Part shown: piece by piece, positions 1-15,000 of the stretch
Layout: each line of letters opens with the position of its first letter
Numbering within the stretch: the stretch's first letter is position 1
DNA from: Lingula anatina
Taxonomy: Eukaryota; Animalia; Brachiopoda
Reading direction: 5' to 3'
Length of the DNA stretch: 64,000 nucleotides
Assembly (NCBI GenBank): GCA_051362555.1
Contig: CM120640.1
Coordinates: 63,590,788 to 63,654,787, forward strand
Program-made: the position numbers and the translations under genes
The notes under the pieces: generated by a model
Databases searched by the model: none
The model's input: the letters and a program-made list of their open reading frames with translations, nothing else
What the model was told of the DNA's origin: nothing

Positions 1-115
1 TATCTCATGCATTAGTTCTATAGAGGAAACAAAATGCTCTGTATAAAGGAGTAACAAGGATATTTGGACTTTTAAAAAAGGCTTTAGGACAATATACATT
101 TGAATGAATTTTCAG

Positions 116-826
116 GCAGGATTGATGAGGCTGAGAGAGTCACTAAGATTGCAACCAAGTACCTGCCATCAGAGCCCCAGTTGTACTACAACCTAGCCAA
201 TGCACAGGGTAATGCAGGCAGGCATGAAGATAGTGAAAGAAATTTTCTTAAGGCAATACAGCTGGATGGGAAAAAGGCAGTCTATTATGCAAACCTGGGT
301 AATGCACATGGTGATATGTGATTGTACGAAGTAATATTTTACCCATTTCCTTTAACTTTAAATCATTCAGATCTTATCCATGAAAAATTAATTTCACTTC
401 ATTATTTTTTCACATTTGAATTCATTTCTCTGATACATATAATCTGTATAATGCATATGATGATTATACCACGATTTGCACAAAACCCATGTTTACTTAT
501 GGTGCTTTGATGAAATTCTTTGAGTCAACAGGTTAAGCTATCAATAGTATTTGTGAATTTAGTATGTAAGCATATTTTTTAAAAAGTTACCATCAATTAC
601 AGGAGAATATAACACTGAAATATATATGACAATGAATAATTCAATTAAAATTCCAATCTTTTTAGGTGTTTTGTACCACAGGTGGAATAAATATGAGCAG
701 GCTGGGGCAGCATACAGGAAAGCATTAAAATTAGATCCAAATTCACCTCTTGTAAAAGAAAACCTTGAAAAGTTGCTTAGAAAAATGGAAAAAGAACAAC
801 AGGAACACAAGTCTGCTAGAACCTGA
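116..826 (+). CDS. TMTC4: Last two coding exons (116-298, 666-826) of a TMTC4-like TPR protein O-mannosyltransferase; gene begins upstream of the window
   Basis: The GT-AG splice joins ...YYANLG|VLYHRWNKYEQAGAAYRKALKLDPNSPLVKENLEKLLRK in frame. This gives TPR repeats and the NLxVLYHRW...LxLDP...KEN C-terminus recalled from TMTC4. Confidence 0.85.
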
Positions 827-1695
827 TCCAAGCATTTTACATACGTTCATTACAGCTTAAGAGTTGCATTTTTATCTAAGTCACAAACATTTTAGTACTT
901 TTTGTGGCTATTTATATTTGATATAAGTTACAATCCATGAGTTATTTTTAAAATATTTTTCAGATTATCATTACTTATCTCAGCTTTAATGCCAATACTA
1001 AGAACTGCAGTTTGCCTATACAAAGAAAAGACAATAAAAACCCTTAAATTATTTTTCTATATTTTAAAAAATGCCTCTGCCACATCATGTAGCAGAGTTT
1101 AATTTGTATTGCCCAGGTAAGCCCAATGACTTACTGTAGATAGGGAGATGATTTTTCAGTTTTACCTCTTGTAATTGTTATTAATACCTTGTGAAATTTA
1201 CTTTATGTTCCTTGCAAATCCATGATTTCAACCTTGATATTTGTGGGCCCAGGGTTGTTAAAATAATAATAATAGTTATTATTTTATTAACGTCTCCCGT
1301 TTAAAAATAAAACCCACCCTACTAAGGGTTAATAATTGACTAAAAGCAAAAACCTGTGAAAATACAATTTAAATTCATAGAGTTCTCTAAAGTACATTAC
1401 TTATCATTTCAACACATTAAAAAAGAATATTTTATATAAAGCCTTTCAATCCCTCTCATATGTATAAAATTTATTTCTTCTACACATCATTGCGTTTGTT
1501 GTTTTTTTTCTGTCTTGAGTCGTATCTGGCCATTTTGCATGACAAATGTGAACTTTTCAGTGTTCTGAAATGCATTAAAATGTTCTTCAAAAAGAACTGC
1601 CAAGTTGAAAGGTCTTCTCTTATGTCTTTATAGAGTTCACAGTTAATAAAAATTGTTTCTCCCTCCCTACCACATGTATTCAAAGTACAATTTAT

Positions 1696-2487
1696 GGGTA
1701 CGTACGGATAAAATTTAGTCCCAAATTATTACACGTCCCTATACTCCCGTTACCGATAGATACATAAAGGAAAAACGGAAAAAACGTCTTTTTAGATTTA
1801 AATACCGATAGATCCGATTTTTTTCTTCTGTCCTATATATTTGCGTTCCTATAGATATGACGTCCTCATAAACCCACGTCCTTTAAATCCGCATACCTAT
1901 AGATCCACGTATTTTTAGATCCAAATACCGATAGATCCATTACAGGTACACTATTGCTCGAAATGGTTGGTATACTACTCAGTACATAAAATGCACTTCT
2001 TTAAAACGGCAGTACGCAGTCAGCAATAGGCCTATATTATTCTACTAGATCGTTTTCACACAATACTGAGTGAAAGAACATAAAAAGAACAAAAGTGTGT
2101 TCTATATTTCACAACGCTTAATTAGGCTACTGTTCTAGCGTCAGAACACTGTTTAAAGCGTTCTCAAAATGCAACATTCGAACACGTAAAAAGTGTTCTG
2201 AATTTACATGTAAATGTGTTCTAAACAAAACAAAACAAAAAAGAACATAAAAATGTGTTCTAAATTTCACAACGCAAGTTGATATGGGCCTTTTAGCCGA
2301 TTACGATGTCAGATAGATGGATCTAGCGGTACCTGGATCTAAAGATACGTGGGTTTATAGGAATCTGTTGGTGGATCTATCGGAACGTAAATTTAACGAG
2401 ACGTAAATCTATTGAGACGTGTATGTATAGAGACGTATCTATCGGGGCGAATATTTTATTGGGACGTTTATCTATATGGCGGACCCC
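1696..2487. mobile_element. Non-autonomous foldback/MULE-like DNA transposon with ~15-bp sub-repeats in both arms
   Basis: CAATTTAT is duplicated at 1688-1695 and 2488-2495. The termini are GGGTACG.../...CGGACCCC. The left arm repeats (T)ACCGATAGATCC/ACGTCC motifs and the right arm carries their reverse complements (GGATCTATCGG, GACGT). Confidence 0.7.
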
Positions 2488-3107
2488 CAATTTATGCATG
2501 ATCGAACCCTCATTCAGTGGTGTATTGGAAAAGCGCCTGGTTCCCACTCTGAGTATACTTCAATAAAGGAATGAAGCAAAAGTTTGAATTATAAATCATT
2601 AAATGGCTTTGAAATTGCGCAAATTGGTATGGCCTGAATACTTTGAAATTTACCAACTTGGTGACGCCCCCGATATATATCCTAAACAAAATTTTAAAGC
2701 AACATTCCAACCTAAATATGTAGTTATTTAAGGGCTATAAAAGTTACTCTGTAAGAAAATGCTGTAATAATATGTTGCGTTCATTGTCGTCTGATAAACA
2801 AAACGAGATAATTTGCACTAAAAGTATCAAAATTCGATGTTGTATTTTTCGGGCCAATGCATTCAAAGTTTGATCGAGAAGCAATTGCTAGGGCACCCGT
2901 CTTGGAGGCATGAGGATGGAAAGATTTATAACTAGGCAATACAAGTGTCGATATAAAAATTTAACAGTAATTTACTATTCCCCAGAACCTTGGGAGATAT
3001 TCAAAGAGCACATTTCTCTCTCTTTTTACGGTCTACTACTTTGGCCTGTCTTGGAGATAGTCGCTTCCTTTTCCCAAAAAGAGGCTACGTATATCCACAC
3101 GTGCAAA

Positions 3108-6100
3108 ATGGTATCTGGTAAAGTTAAAAGCCGAGTGAAACTAAAACAAACAAAGCGAAAGAAATGGAAGAAGGGACACAGCAGTGACAGTAACCCCGAA
3201 GGCAAGAGATTCAGAGAAGCTGCGAAAAACAGATTTTTCAATTATAATACAGGTAAAACTGTTTAAATTCCACCAACTTATGCTACATAGAATTCTTTAT
3301 ATTGATAAACACCCCCACGTGTAAGGTACAAAAATCAGATCATGGACTTTACATCTAACTACATCAAATAAATAAATAAATGGATAGTATCACAATTACA
3401 TACTATTTCATAATCACACCGTATGTTCGGTACCGTTTGATCCACGAGTCACTTGCTCACGGTGAGTGGATCTCACCCAAACATCAGGGGTTATTAATAA
3501 TAGCAAAATGATGCACAATAGCTATAATAATTAAATGGAAGTAATGACTGAACCTAAGATCAAATTTGAGTATTACCAGGAGCTATGAGCTGGGCTCTTC
3601 TTTCCATGCAATTTTAGACAAGTACCAGCACAAGAAGTAACTTTACTGCATGTATGTCCATTTCCCCAGATCCCGTTAGGGTTTTAAAAAGCTCATTGGT
3701 ATCATTTATGGCTATGTTAACGAAGCTTTGGATGTTAGAAATAAAGGGGCATTGGAGGTCATCATATGCTGGACATCTAAAAAAGAATTAAGTGACATTC
3801 ATCTTCTATCTCCATGAGATGACTGTATGATTTCTCCACTTATTTGAAAACAGCATTAATGCAGGGAAAGATATAGCCCTCACAGAGAGCATGGGAGAGC
3901 TGGGTAGCTCAGAGAACTGGTCAGGAGTAGTTTTGAAAGTTCTATCACAAAACTGATGTGATGACACAGCAAAGCTCCCTGTTCTGTATACAATGTACTT
4001 AGCAAAGATCAGCATGCACCTTGGTTTTCTCTGTTATAAAGTAAAAACTGCTCGGCGTTAGAAGTCTACTTGTCCTGATACCATGTCAAACATATCAATA
4101 GTATCCTATTTTCTAAATAAATTTTTATTTCAGGTCCCAGTACTTTAACTCTTGAGGCCTTGACAATACACAATGAGGGAGTGGATGAGGATGTTGACAT
4201 TGATAAAGCAGGCAGTATTGGGAGTGGTTTGTCTGATGCTAAGACATTTCAGACATGGGCATCCAACCTGACTGAATGTACCAACAGTGCCTTCAGCTCT
4301 GTACATAGGTACTGGGCATCAAACTCTGCAATGCACAAAGAAGTGAGTACAGATTGTTGGTCTGTGTATAAATTTTATTTGACCATAGTTCTAAAATAAA
4401 AAAAAATGTTTGGAAAAGTACTTAAAGTTTATGCTTCAAATGTGCGATTATCTTTAGAATTATTAAATCAGTCACTAGGTGCAGTAGTGAAAGGAAAAAA
4501 ATTACAGACCTTTGTTTTGACAAGTATAAACTGATTGTCCCAGACCTGACTTATTTTCACAATTTGATGTGAACCATTTGCAAAAAATAATGAAACATCC
4601 AAAGTAATTGTTTATATTATCTTTGCATTTTTTCCCTTGGGTATATTCTAGATTCTTGCAGTGCTTGCAGCTGTGACTGAAGTGATCAAAACTCAAGGGG
4701 GCAAGGAGACAGAGACGGAATATTTTGCTGCCCTTGTAAGATGATTATTCAGCTTGCTCAGTCTGGTATTCATTTTAGGAAGTTATTGATTGTTATGTTA
4801 GAAAATGCTCAAATAAATTCTGTACATTTTCCATAGTCTTAAAGAAATGCATTGAACATTTGTTAAGTTGATTGCAAAAAAATTGATATTGGGCAAAATT
4901 AAATCTATGTAGTATCAAATTCAAAAAAATTTAGGCAGGTGTGCGAGGGGGAAAAACATCATCTTTTATAATTATGTAATACGTATAGATTATGATCTTA
5001 TATCCATGAATTTGAGGTTTGACAATATATGATATTGAATGAAAAAGTCATCACCAAATATTGACCTATTACATCATCAATGATCATTGATCAGTTGGAG
5101 AAAAAGAAACATTTCATTGACCCAGGTTACAGTGGATAGCAATATTTTTTTAAAATTTTTGATATACTCTTGTGGGACATTGATGTTTAGGTATTAAATG
5201 ATATGATAAAGCAATTTCTCTTTTGATCAATATGATGTTTTGCAGACATCAGAAGAAATATTAAGACAAGACTTTAATTTTATAATAACATTTGTCAGAA
5301 AAAAAAATTAAATTAATCTTTTTCCTGTTTTGATAGATGACCAGTCTTGAAACAATTGACACAGAAGATTCTTTGGCTGCTGTGGCATATCTGTTGAGCC
5401 TGGTGATAAAACGGTAAGGTCTCTTTCATGACATATTTCAGATGGGGGGGGGGGGGGGGGGGGGGGGGGAGTGAAAATTTTCATCTGCAATTTATGAGGT
5501 AATGACCCTGCTGAGGTATTAGCTATTTCATTCTAAAGTAGCCAACTTTGTTGACTTTCTTATAGTCTTATTATTGCTTGTGTATCTTTAAGTAAAATGT
5601 GTTTCAGGGTTCCAGTTGCAGTCTTGAAAAGCAAGTTTTCTGACATTGCCAAAGTTTTTATGGGTCTGCTGGCAGATCACTCAGGATCAGATTCTACTTC
5701 TCTTCTAAAATCGGTAAACTGATTATTAGTTTCTAAAAATCATATATATTACCGTGTTTCACATTATTTTATATACTTTCATTTCAAATCATTTATGTGG
5801 ATTGTATTTTTATTTTATTTTATTTTATTTTATTTTATTTTAATAGCTCATGTAGTATAATCTACAGCGTATTTTTGATTGAATTTAGTTCTTTCACTGT
5901 TAAGCATTCCAGTATCATTTTTTTACATCACTTTTCGTATTTCTTTTAGCTTCTGGTGTGTGTGTCCTCATTGTTACGCGTCCAAGACCAGGTGGTGTGG
6001 TCAGACTCGTCCACTCTGCAGGTCTACAGGGGATTGCTGTCCTTTACCACACATCACAAACCAAAGGTGAGAGCAAGTTGATATATGTGTGTGTGCACTT

Positions 6101-9100
6101 GATTTTGCTTGCCTGTTTCTGTTTAAGAGAGAAAGAGATAATGTTGCTTACTTTGGTTTGCCCGTATAGCAACGCATTTGTTCTGTAGTTCTCTATTCAT
6201 TAAATAGAAATGCAAACCAAGCAACAAAGGTAACAGAAATAAAAAAAAAAATTACTAAGGGCATATTATTGATGGATAGAAGTGACTGTTTCTAGTGAAG
6301 TTGAAACAGGTATATTGATATATCTTCCTTACAATTGGAAGGTAAGAAAGGGGGGGATAAATTAAGGATCACATCTTTTTTTGAGTAATAAATTGAGAAC
6401 ATCGTGGATTTAAGATGAAAATATACACACGTGTTTGTAAAAGTACTGAAAAAAAATCACTGTTTTCCATCAGGTACGGAAAGCAGCCCACCATGCTGTG
6501 TGTTCCGTTTTAAAAGGTTCAAGCTTCATGACCCAAGGTGACCCCCCACCCAGCCACCCTGCAGCCAGTGCCACAGCCAAACACTGTATTCAGCACATAG
6601 AGGAGTGTGGGGGTATTGAACTGGAACTTCTTACTTGATTATTTATTTATTTATTTTTTCACAAAAAATGACCTTTATAAAAGTCATATATATGAAGCTT
6701 GGCAAAGTAATCTGAGGAATACAAGATGAATTTGTCAGTGATAGATATTAAGCTTCCATCAAACAGGTTATAAGTGCTCTGTTAAAAGAGTGAATTCTTT
6801 TCAAAATCTTAGATTTATTCTTATCAGAGTAAAGTCTGGATCTTAGATGATGCAGTATTTATGGTTGTTCCTGTGTAAGTAATTTAATGAAATTGTTTGA
6901 TAGGAACTGGTGAGGCATCTGACACCCTTCACATTCTGGGATTGTTGAAAGACATTCTTCACGTCTTTCCTCACAACAGCTTGAAGTCCACCTGTGAGAC
7001 AGTGCTGCGAGTGATGACACTCAGCAATGTGGTAGGTTGGAACAGTTCAGTGTGCTCAAAACAATACAGTCATCAGGGTGCTTAATTTTAGAGGGGGAGT
7101 GGGGGACTGTGTGTCAGGCTGGGCACGGAAAGATACATGTGAATTATTGCTGAATTTCAGAACAAAAAATTATTGCCAGTGGGGTCAGTCAGGACACTGA
7201 TGATAGAATGCACTGGTATTGTTTAGTTTTATTCCCAGCACCCAGTGCCTTCAGCATTGTGCAGTGTCAGAAATGATACATTAGCTTGGTTTTATACCAT
7301 ATAAGATGTTCATAATGTGCCTTCAATTCCAGATGGTAACTTCTGTTGCAATGCAGGCTTTATATGGAATGTTCTGCAATCAACCGAAGTCATCTAGCTT
7401 ACCTGCTGAACTCAATGCCCAGATTATAACGGTATGTATGGTAACACTTGTGTGGTCATTTAAGTTTTTCATTCAGGGAGATTGGTTTTGAAAAAGGATA
7501 TTCACAAGATTAAGTTTTGTGAAAAATCAATTTTTGATTTAATTGACAAAGAATTTGCATACAGTGATTGAATTTTTAATCTTCCATATATTGTAAGTAT
7601 TGTAAGTAAGTATAAGCTATTTAAATGGTAAATTTAAGAGCGGATTCTCAACGAATTAAGCCAGGCTTTACAAAGCCGGTGACCTAAAAATGGCGGACGT
7701 ACATGAAAGAAAAATAGTCTCTCCGCCTCCCCACACGTCGTCCCTGCTGGGTACAGTAATTAAATCGCGTCTCCGTTCGCCATGCGGAAGCTACCTGAGA
7801 AATATTAAGTGCGCATGCTCATCAGTTAAACTCGTGGTGAAGAAAGCATGGCGGCTGATGGCGATCGAAGGAAAAAAGCTCTTCTGTTCTATTATCTTTG
7901 AAAACAGAGACGAAAAAGGAATAATTTGGCCCGTAGAGCAGCAATGAATCGACTATCTACGGAGATAATATCACCAGAGATATTCATGGAAATATTAATG
8001 TTCGGAGCCGAGATTTAATTACTGTACCCCGCAGGGACGACGTGTGGGGAGGCGTGTGAGAGGCGGAGAGACTATTAAAAGATTAGGCGGTTTTTCTTTC
8101 ATGTACGTCCGCCATTTTTAGGTCACCGGCTTTGTAAAGCCTGGCTTAATTCGTTGAGAATCCGCTCTAAAGTGTAGATATTGTTTTACTTATTAAATCA
8201 GAAGTAACTGTAATTTATCTTATGTATAGGCATTGTATGATTTCCAACCTGGTGAAAATGATGTTCAGCCAATGAATGCTTGGTTGGCTGTAATGGAGAA
8301 AGCTCTTGTCAACTTGGCCAGGTAACTTTTGTTTATTAATTAAATTGGTTTTGAGCTGAGTTAGTTCTTCTTTTTTCAATAAGCAATTCTATGAATTAAT
8401 GTAAAATTTAGAATGAGCATTTGTGATTTTAAATATTTATTGTTTTGATGTTGCCTGGAGTTTCTGTGATATGTTAACTTTACTAGTAAGTTTGTTGAAA
8501 CATGATATATTATATTTAAAACTAACTGGTAATTGTTTCACACTGTGAGGGAATGCTTTATTTTAGGTTGAATGCTAATCTGTGTATCAGCCATCTTCCT
8601 CGTATATTTACTGCTGCCATGAGTTGTTTATTGTCTGAAAAATCACACATTGGGGTCACAGCAGTTGGAATTATGAAGGTAATGTAGAACTATTACAGTA
8701 CCTTACTAATGTATTTTAATGAAATAACATTTGAGATTTAAGACAGAATATCATTTTAACAACATTAAAAAACTTTCATTGTAATCATTCATTGCCTTGT
8801 TGACCTGTTAACACTTAATATATATACTAAGTGAAGTATTATACCTTTTGATTTGACTTGAGACTAAGAGAGTTGTCTTTTCTCATTACATTGTATAGTA
8901 TCTTTAAAATAAGGTAAGTTTTGGAGATTATTATAACATATTTGAAAGTTTATACTTAGATTTAAGGTGGTAAAAATTGTAGACTTTCCATTCCTCAAAT
9001 AAATATTATCCGATGCTAAAATGATATTTGTCTATTCTGTTTTGTAGGTTTTACTGCAGGAAATAGTTGCCCCAAATTCTGACAGATTTGAAGTAATGTT

Positions 9101-9969
9101 GAAATCTGCTCCATCATCAAACTTAACCGAGAAATTGGTGAAAATCATTGAAGGTGGTTTGAGTTACCAGTATCATGCATCATGGAATCTTGTGCTCCAG
9201 GTGTTAGCCAAATTATTTGAGGTGGGCATATTTTGCTGTTTTATAAATACAGTTAAGTAATAATGTGAGTAAAAGTTTATAAGTGAATAATGTCTTGATG
9301 AGATTTTTGTTGGTTTTATATTTTCTTTGCTGTTTGAAATAAGGGATGATATTACTGCCAGGGTTTAAGCTGATAAAAATTTTAAAAAAATGTAGATGAA
9401 ATCTACAGACCTTTAATGAATAAAAAAGTTTAATTGTGAAAAATTGTATGTTTTGATTTACAGGTGCTTGGGAAACAGTGTCACAGTGTTATGAGAAAGG
9501 TAAATTTAAAGACCTGCAAATTAGAGATAGTTAACATAATGGTCCACAGATGTACAACACAATATACCTATGTCATTGATGAGTAGCCATCCAACTTCTT
9601 CTTTGCTTCCATATCTTCTCCCAGTGTATGGCCTTGGGCCCTATTATTAATTACGTTCTTTAAATACCAATGGCAATTATTGCTGCATGTAAGATTCATC
9701 TATAATAAACTTCATGTAAATATTTGGACTTAACATTTCACTAAAGGTCATACTTGTCCCCAGTATTTTGGCATGTAAGTCTTTGTTTATATTCCAGTGC
9801 CTGTTGTCCCTTGCTGACTTGCGTGACAGTTACAAGTTTCCTCACAAAGCAGAACTAGACCACACAGTGGGGATGGCTGTGAGGACAATGGGCCCCAGGG
9901 TAGTACTGGAGGCCATCCCACTGCAGATCACTGGCGAGGAGTAAGAACTGTTTCAACCCTTTACTTCAT

Positions 9970-10047
<78 letters not shown>

Positions 10048-12022
10048 TCTTTATATATAATTGTAGTTACATTACTCACAGTCATAAGCTATAAAAGGTG
10101 ACTTTTGAAAACTGTTTGAAAATCAGATTTTGTAAATAGCTGTTAGTCATGTCATTTTGTGCACATGATTCTTTGATTTTAATTTTGTTACCCCATATTT
10201 TCTCAAATTTTTAGAGACGATTTGGATTTCCCAAGAAGTTGGCTTCTTCCATTACTAAGAGACAGTATAAGAGAGACAGAGCTTGGATTCTTTGCCAGCC
10301 ATTTCCTCCCTCTTGCTGCCAAACTGAGGAATAAATGTAAGGAAGACATGATATGCCATAATCCTCCAGTACAAAAATGTGTTTATAAAACTCAGGACAA
10401 TAGCACCAGAAAAAAAAAGTAATTTATGCAATATTTTAAGACTAAGGTACATTATTGTTCATATAATATTAAGTTTTTCCCCTTAATTTGTGTACATAAA
10501 TTTGCTGTGAAGTTAATGTTTTCTTGATATCTGTTTTGTTTCATTCTAGCATTACAACATGCTCAGGAGAAGAGACAAGTAGAAAGTAAGACTTATGATG
10601 CACTACAGATGCAGATATGGTCTCTTCTACCTGGATTTTGTAACAACCCAATTGATCTTCCTCAGGTGAATATTTTAGTAACTTTTATGTAAATGTGAGA
10701 ACTTTTCCTCTTCACTGATGTATATTAAGATATCAGTTTTTAGTTTTTCACATAATTGTGGCTGCCAAAGTGGGCACAGTGGCTTTTTTTTTTTACAGTG
10801 AAGTAAAATACAGCCCTTTTTGCTTAGGGTTGATTGAAAGGAATTGTCAGGAATATTATGATCAGTTCAGAGAACTTAGGTACTGATCAATCTTAAAATG
10901 GTAAGTGTTACTATAAAGCTGATTTCACCACCTTGAAGTAGGACATTTCTACAAACTAGATCCACTATCTATCATATATTATAATCTATTGTCTGTATGC
11001 CTTTCAGTCATTCAAGGGCATTGCCAAAGTTCTTGGTTCTGCCATCTCAGATAGACCTGATTTGAGGGGTGATGTAATGGCATCTTTACGTAAATTGATT
11101 CTGCAGAACCTGGATAATGGTAGGTTCATATCTGTGTTTGTTATTTAATTCTATGCATTTAAATTTGTGCCATGCTGCTCTCTATCAACTAAGTAAAAAA
11201 ACTTGACTTTTGGTTAATGAAACATTTCTCTCTTTTTTGGAAGTAGTTTGACACCTTTTTACTTCATGTAATTTGCAGATGAGAACAGAGCAGAGCTTGC
11301 CAGGTTTTCTAAGAACTTCCTTCCAATCTTGTTTAACCTGTTCACTACTGCCCCAGAGAGTGAAAAGGACATGTCCAGATTGGCTGTACTAGAGACCATC
11401 AGGTGCTATATTCAAATAAGTGATGAACAGGTAAGGACTCACAGAATGATTATTCTTAGTTACATGGGTTACTGATTGGTAGTGTTAGAATGAGATACCA
11501 TCTTAGAATCAAAATTTTGAAATATGCTGACAAGCGTGTCATTGATATCATTTCATTAAGTGCTTAAGTGCTTATTTTCAGTATGGCCTTTCTAATTTGA
11601 GAATTAAGAACTGCCATTAGCATTGAAAAGATAATGATAAGATCCATAAGTTGAATTGTATTGGAGAGACCATATTACTGATAAATAGCACAGGGTTTGT
11701 TATCAGAAGGTGTTATGAATTATTCAGAATACAATACTCCCATTTCCTGTGTAGTTAAATTCAGGTTTTGCATTTTAAATTATTGTTATTATAAGCAAAT
11801 GTTACAGATAACAACAAGTATTGAAATTTTTGAGGATTTATAATATATTCATATCATACAGTGCCAGTTTGATTTTTCAAATTTTTTAAAATGAAATTTT
11901 CATTTTCATTTAGCTGGTTAACTCATTCTTTGATAAGTGTATGTCTAAGTTGGAAGATGAAGATGCCAAACCATTCTTAAGGTATGTGGTATAAGACAGA
12001 TTGAGATTGATTTTGTACTATG

Positions 12023-12067
<45 letters not shown>

Positions 12068-15000
12068 AACCCATTTAACTCCCTTCTGTAATTTTAATTT
12101 GGAAATCTTGTTACTGGTACTTAAAATACCATTACTACCATACCTGATTGTTTTTTTTAAAGTTTATGATAAAACCCTTTTTAAGGCACTCGTTACTTGA
12201 TCTGGTGATTGGGATGGTACCATATGTAACAGAAGATAGGATTCAAAAGATGATGGCAGCTATGTCTTCTTGGATAGATGTGAGTGTTAACAGAGATATG
12301 AAAATCAAGAAAAAATATTTTTATTTGGTATTATCATATTTAATCTGATATTATTTTTTTTTATTAAAGAACAGTAATTAACTTAGGAAGATGGTCAAAA
12401 GGTAAAATGTTCTCTAATCCCTTTACAAAAATTATGTTGGCCAAATATGTCCCAGATATTAAAATAATCCTATATAAGTGTTCTTTTAATATGAGATATG
12501 GTGTAACATTTTTTTAATATTTGAAAGTAATTTAAAAAACCTATCACATGAAAAATGCATTTTATTATTTTTTATTGGTGTGATCATTTCAGAGTACAGA
12601 CAAGACAGTGCAGAAAAAGTCCTACAGAATATTGGAGGAGGTTTGTGCTGGGAAGTCTGAGAACAGCAGAAATTTTGTCTTCAAAAATATCCCTGTTCTT
12701 CAAAAGATGCTGCTCAAATCCTTATCCAGTTCAAGTCCACCAGCTAAAGCTGTGAGTACTTTTCCTTGACTGTTTTGGATGGTATTTGATGTTATGTGGA
12801 AATATGAGCTATTCTGTTAACCAACCATGATAATTGGTCAGGGATATTGATTTGTATCATTTATTTTTTCTGCAGGAAGTGTGTAATTCTGTTAACCACA
12901 GATAGAAAGGAGAGACTTCACGTTAATTTTTACAGATGTCCGTTCATTTCTTTTTTTTGTAATATAAATTTATTTCCATTACAGCCAAGGTTACGCTGTT
13001 TGATCCACATATTGAAACAGTTACAAGAGAGTGAAGAAGACTTTATAATAGCGGTAGTGCCTGAGGTAATTTATAAGCAGTTTACACTTGAAACCTTGGC
13101 CTCTTGTCCAAAGATTATTTTATAGATGTTGTCCAGTTTCCTTATAAAGCATACAAACTCTTTATCCATAATGTGACGATTTCATTACAGTAAAAGCAGA
13201 ATGATAAAATTTAATTAGCATAAAAAGTAATCATTCTATTTTATATATTTTTAAGATCTTTGAAAGTGTGAGTTTTTTGTAAATAAGTTTTTTTTTCTTT
13301 CTCTAGGCTATACTGTGTGTCAAGGAGGTAGCAACTAAGGCACGGGCAGCTGCTTTTGGCCTTCTGATAGAGATAGGGACAGCTCTACTTCGTTGGTCAC
13401 AAGACAGATCAGAAAAAGGTGAAAAGTCAACCATAATACTTAAAATGATCACAAAGAAAATAATCAAAATACTTACCTCCTTTTTTCTCCTGAATTTTAC
13501 ATCTGGTATTTGATGATTGAATTTGCTCCCTCCTTTCCATACACATAAAATCTCATGATTTTGTATAACATATTTTGTAAATCAGCTGTGCACTCTCCAT
13601 GAATTTAATTTGGTGACCCATTTGTAATCTTTTCAAACAAAGATATCACATGCGCATCTCTAGCTAATGAAGATGTCCTACTCATACTGTTATTGTTATT
13701 TTCTTTGTACAGATGTAGTTCACCAGTATCTCCAGTTGTTAATGGCAGGGCTTGCAGGGTCACCACACATGGTTAGTGCCACAGTGCTAGCCCTCAGCAG
13801 GACACTCTATCACTTCAGAGGTAATTTTTTTTTTGGTAATTATTTGATCAAGTTATTATTTTGTTTATATATTTTATTATCACTCTCAAGCTGTGTCTGT
13901 CAAAAATATCAAATCAAAGCAGCATTTTAAATGCTGGTTAGTTGGAATTGCTTATTGATGTTTTTAAATAGCAATAATAATGACTATTTTCAGGATTTTT
14001 GCTATTATCAATAATTTTACTCAGCTGACTGTAATGTCTTTTTATGCTATCTTGCAGACAAGGTTGGCAGTCAATCACTGGACATGCTAGTTGACCATGC
14101 CTGCCTATTACTGACCTCTAAGGCCAGAGAAGTTGTATTCTCAGCCTTAGGCTTTGTTAAAGCATTGCTAGCAGTATTTAAAGATGTTGAGTTGGCAGCT
14201 TATTTGAATAAACTGGTATGGTCTTACTTTTATTAAATGTTGATTAATGTGAAATGATTATTTATGATAAATGTTAAATGTTTTGTTGTAAGTGTTACTT
14301 ATAGGTTTATGATAAGTCTTTGTACACTGCTAAAATATTTCCATACTATTTTTCAGACAATCTTGTATTGGTATTCAGGATGATTCATTTTAGGTTTTTC
14401 CTTTTTTTCAGGTTTCTAGTCTTGTAAGCATGAAAGAGGAAAATAGACACCATTTCCGATTTAAAGCTAAAGAAGTTTTTGCTAGACTCATTAAGAAATT
14501 TGGGTAAGATATTAATTGCATATTAATTGTGGTATGATAATGAAAATGTAATTAAATCCATTTTTATTAAATAAGCATGGATATTTGAATTAGCAGAAAC
14601 GCACTGATGTCTTGAATGTTTTTTTAAACATCTGTGCTGTTTGGATGTGTATTATCTTTTTGTAGCTATGAGACTGTTCATGAGATGGTTCCAGTCAGCC
14701 ATCACAAAATGTTGTTGAACATAAAGAAAACACAGGAGAGAGCTGCTAAAAATAAACATGCCAAAGGTGACCATGAGGAAGATGAGGATGATGATGGATT
14801 TAGAAATGCAGCAAAACCAGAAAAGTAATTTTTTTTTTTTTATCCTCATGTTGCAACTTGTCATTTTTTTCTGTCAGGTTACTATGTTCAAAAAAAAAAA
14901 AAAGGCCATGGGAGTTATTCATTTTTCTCTTCATGAATATAAGGACTGATTGCCCTAAATAAGATGAAAATATACAATGGATTGTCTTTAAACACAAGAG

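Noticed and set aside
1480-1683. CG..ET..F..C..Y...R pattern as a LINE C-terminal remnant
   Set aside because: The similarity is too short and degenerate to call without a search.
2910-3107. Upstream in-frame extension of RRP12 from the ORF track
   Set aside because: The RRP12-like sequence begins at MVSGK (3108, AAAATGG context), and the upstream part has no recognisable homology.
5444-5469. Long G homopolymers (also ~59403-59427) as functional G-quadruplex or poly-Pro/Gly coding sequence
   Set aside because: These are intronic homopolymer runs with no supporting context, and their lengths may be sequencing-dependent.
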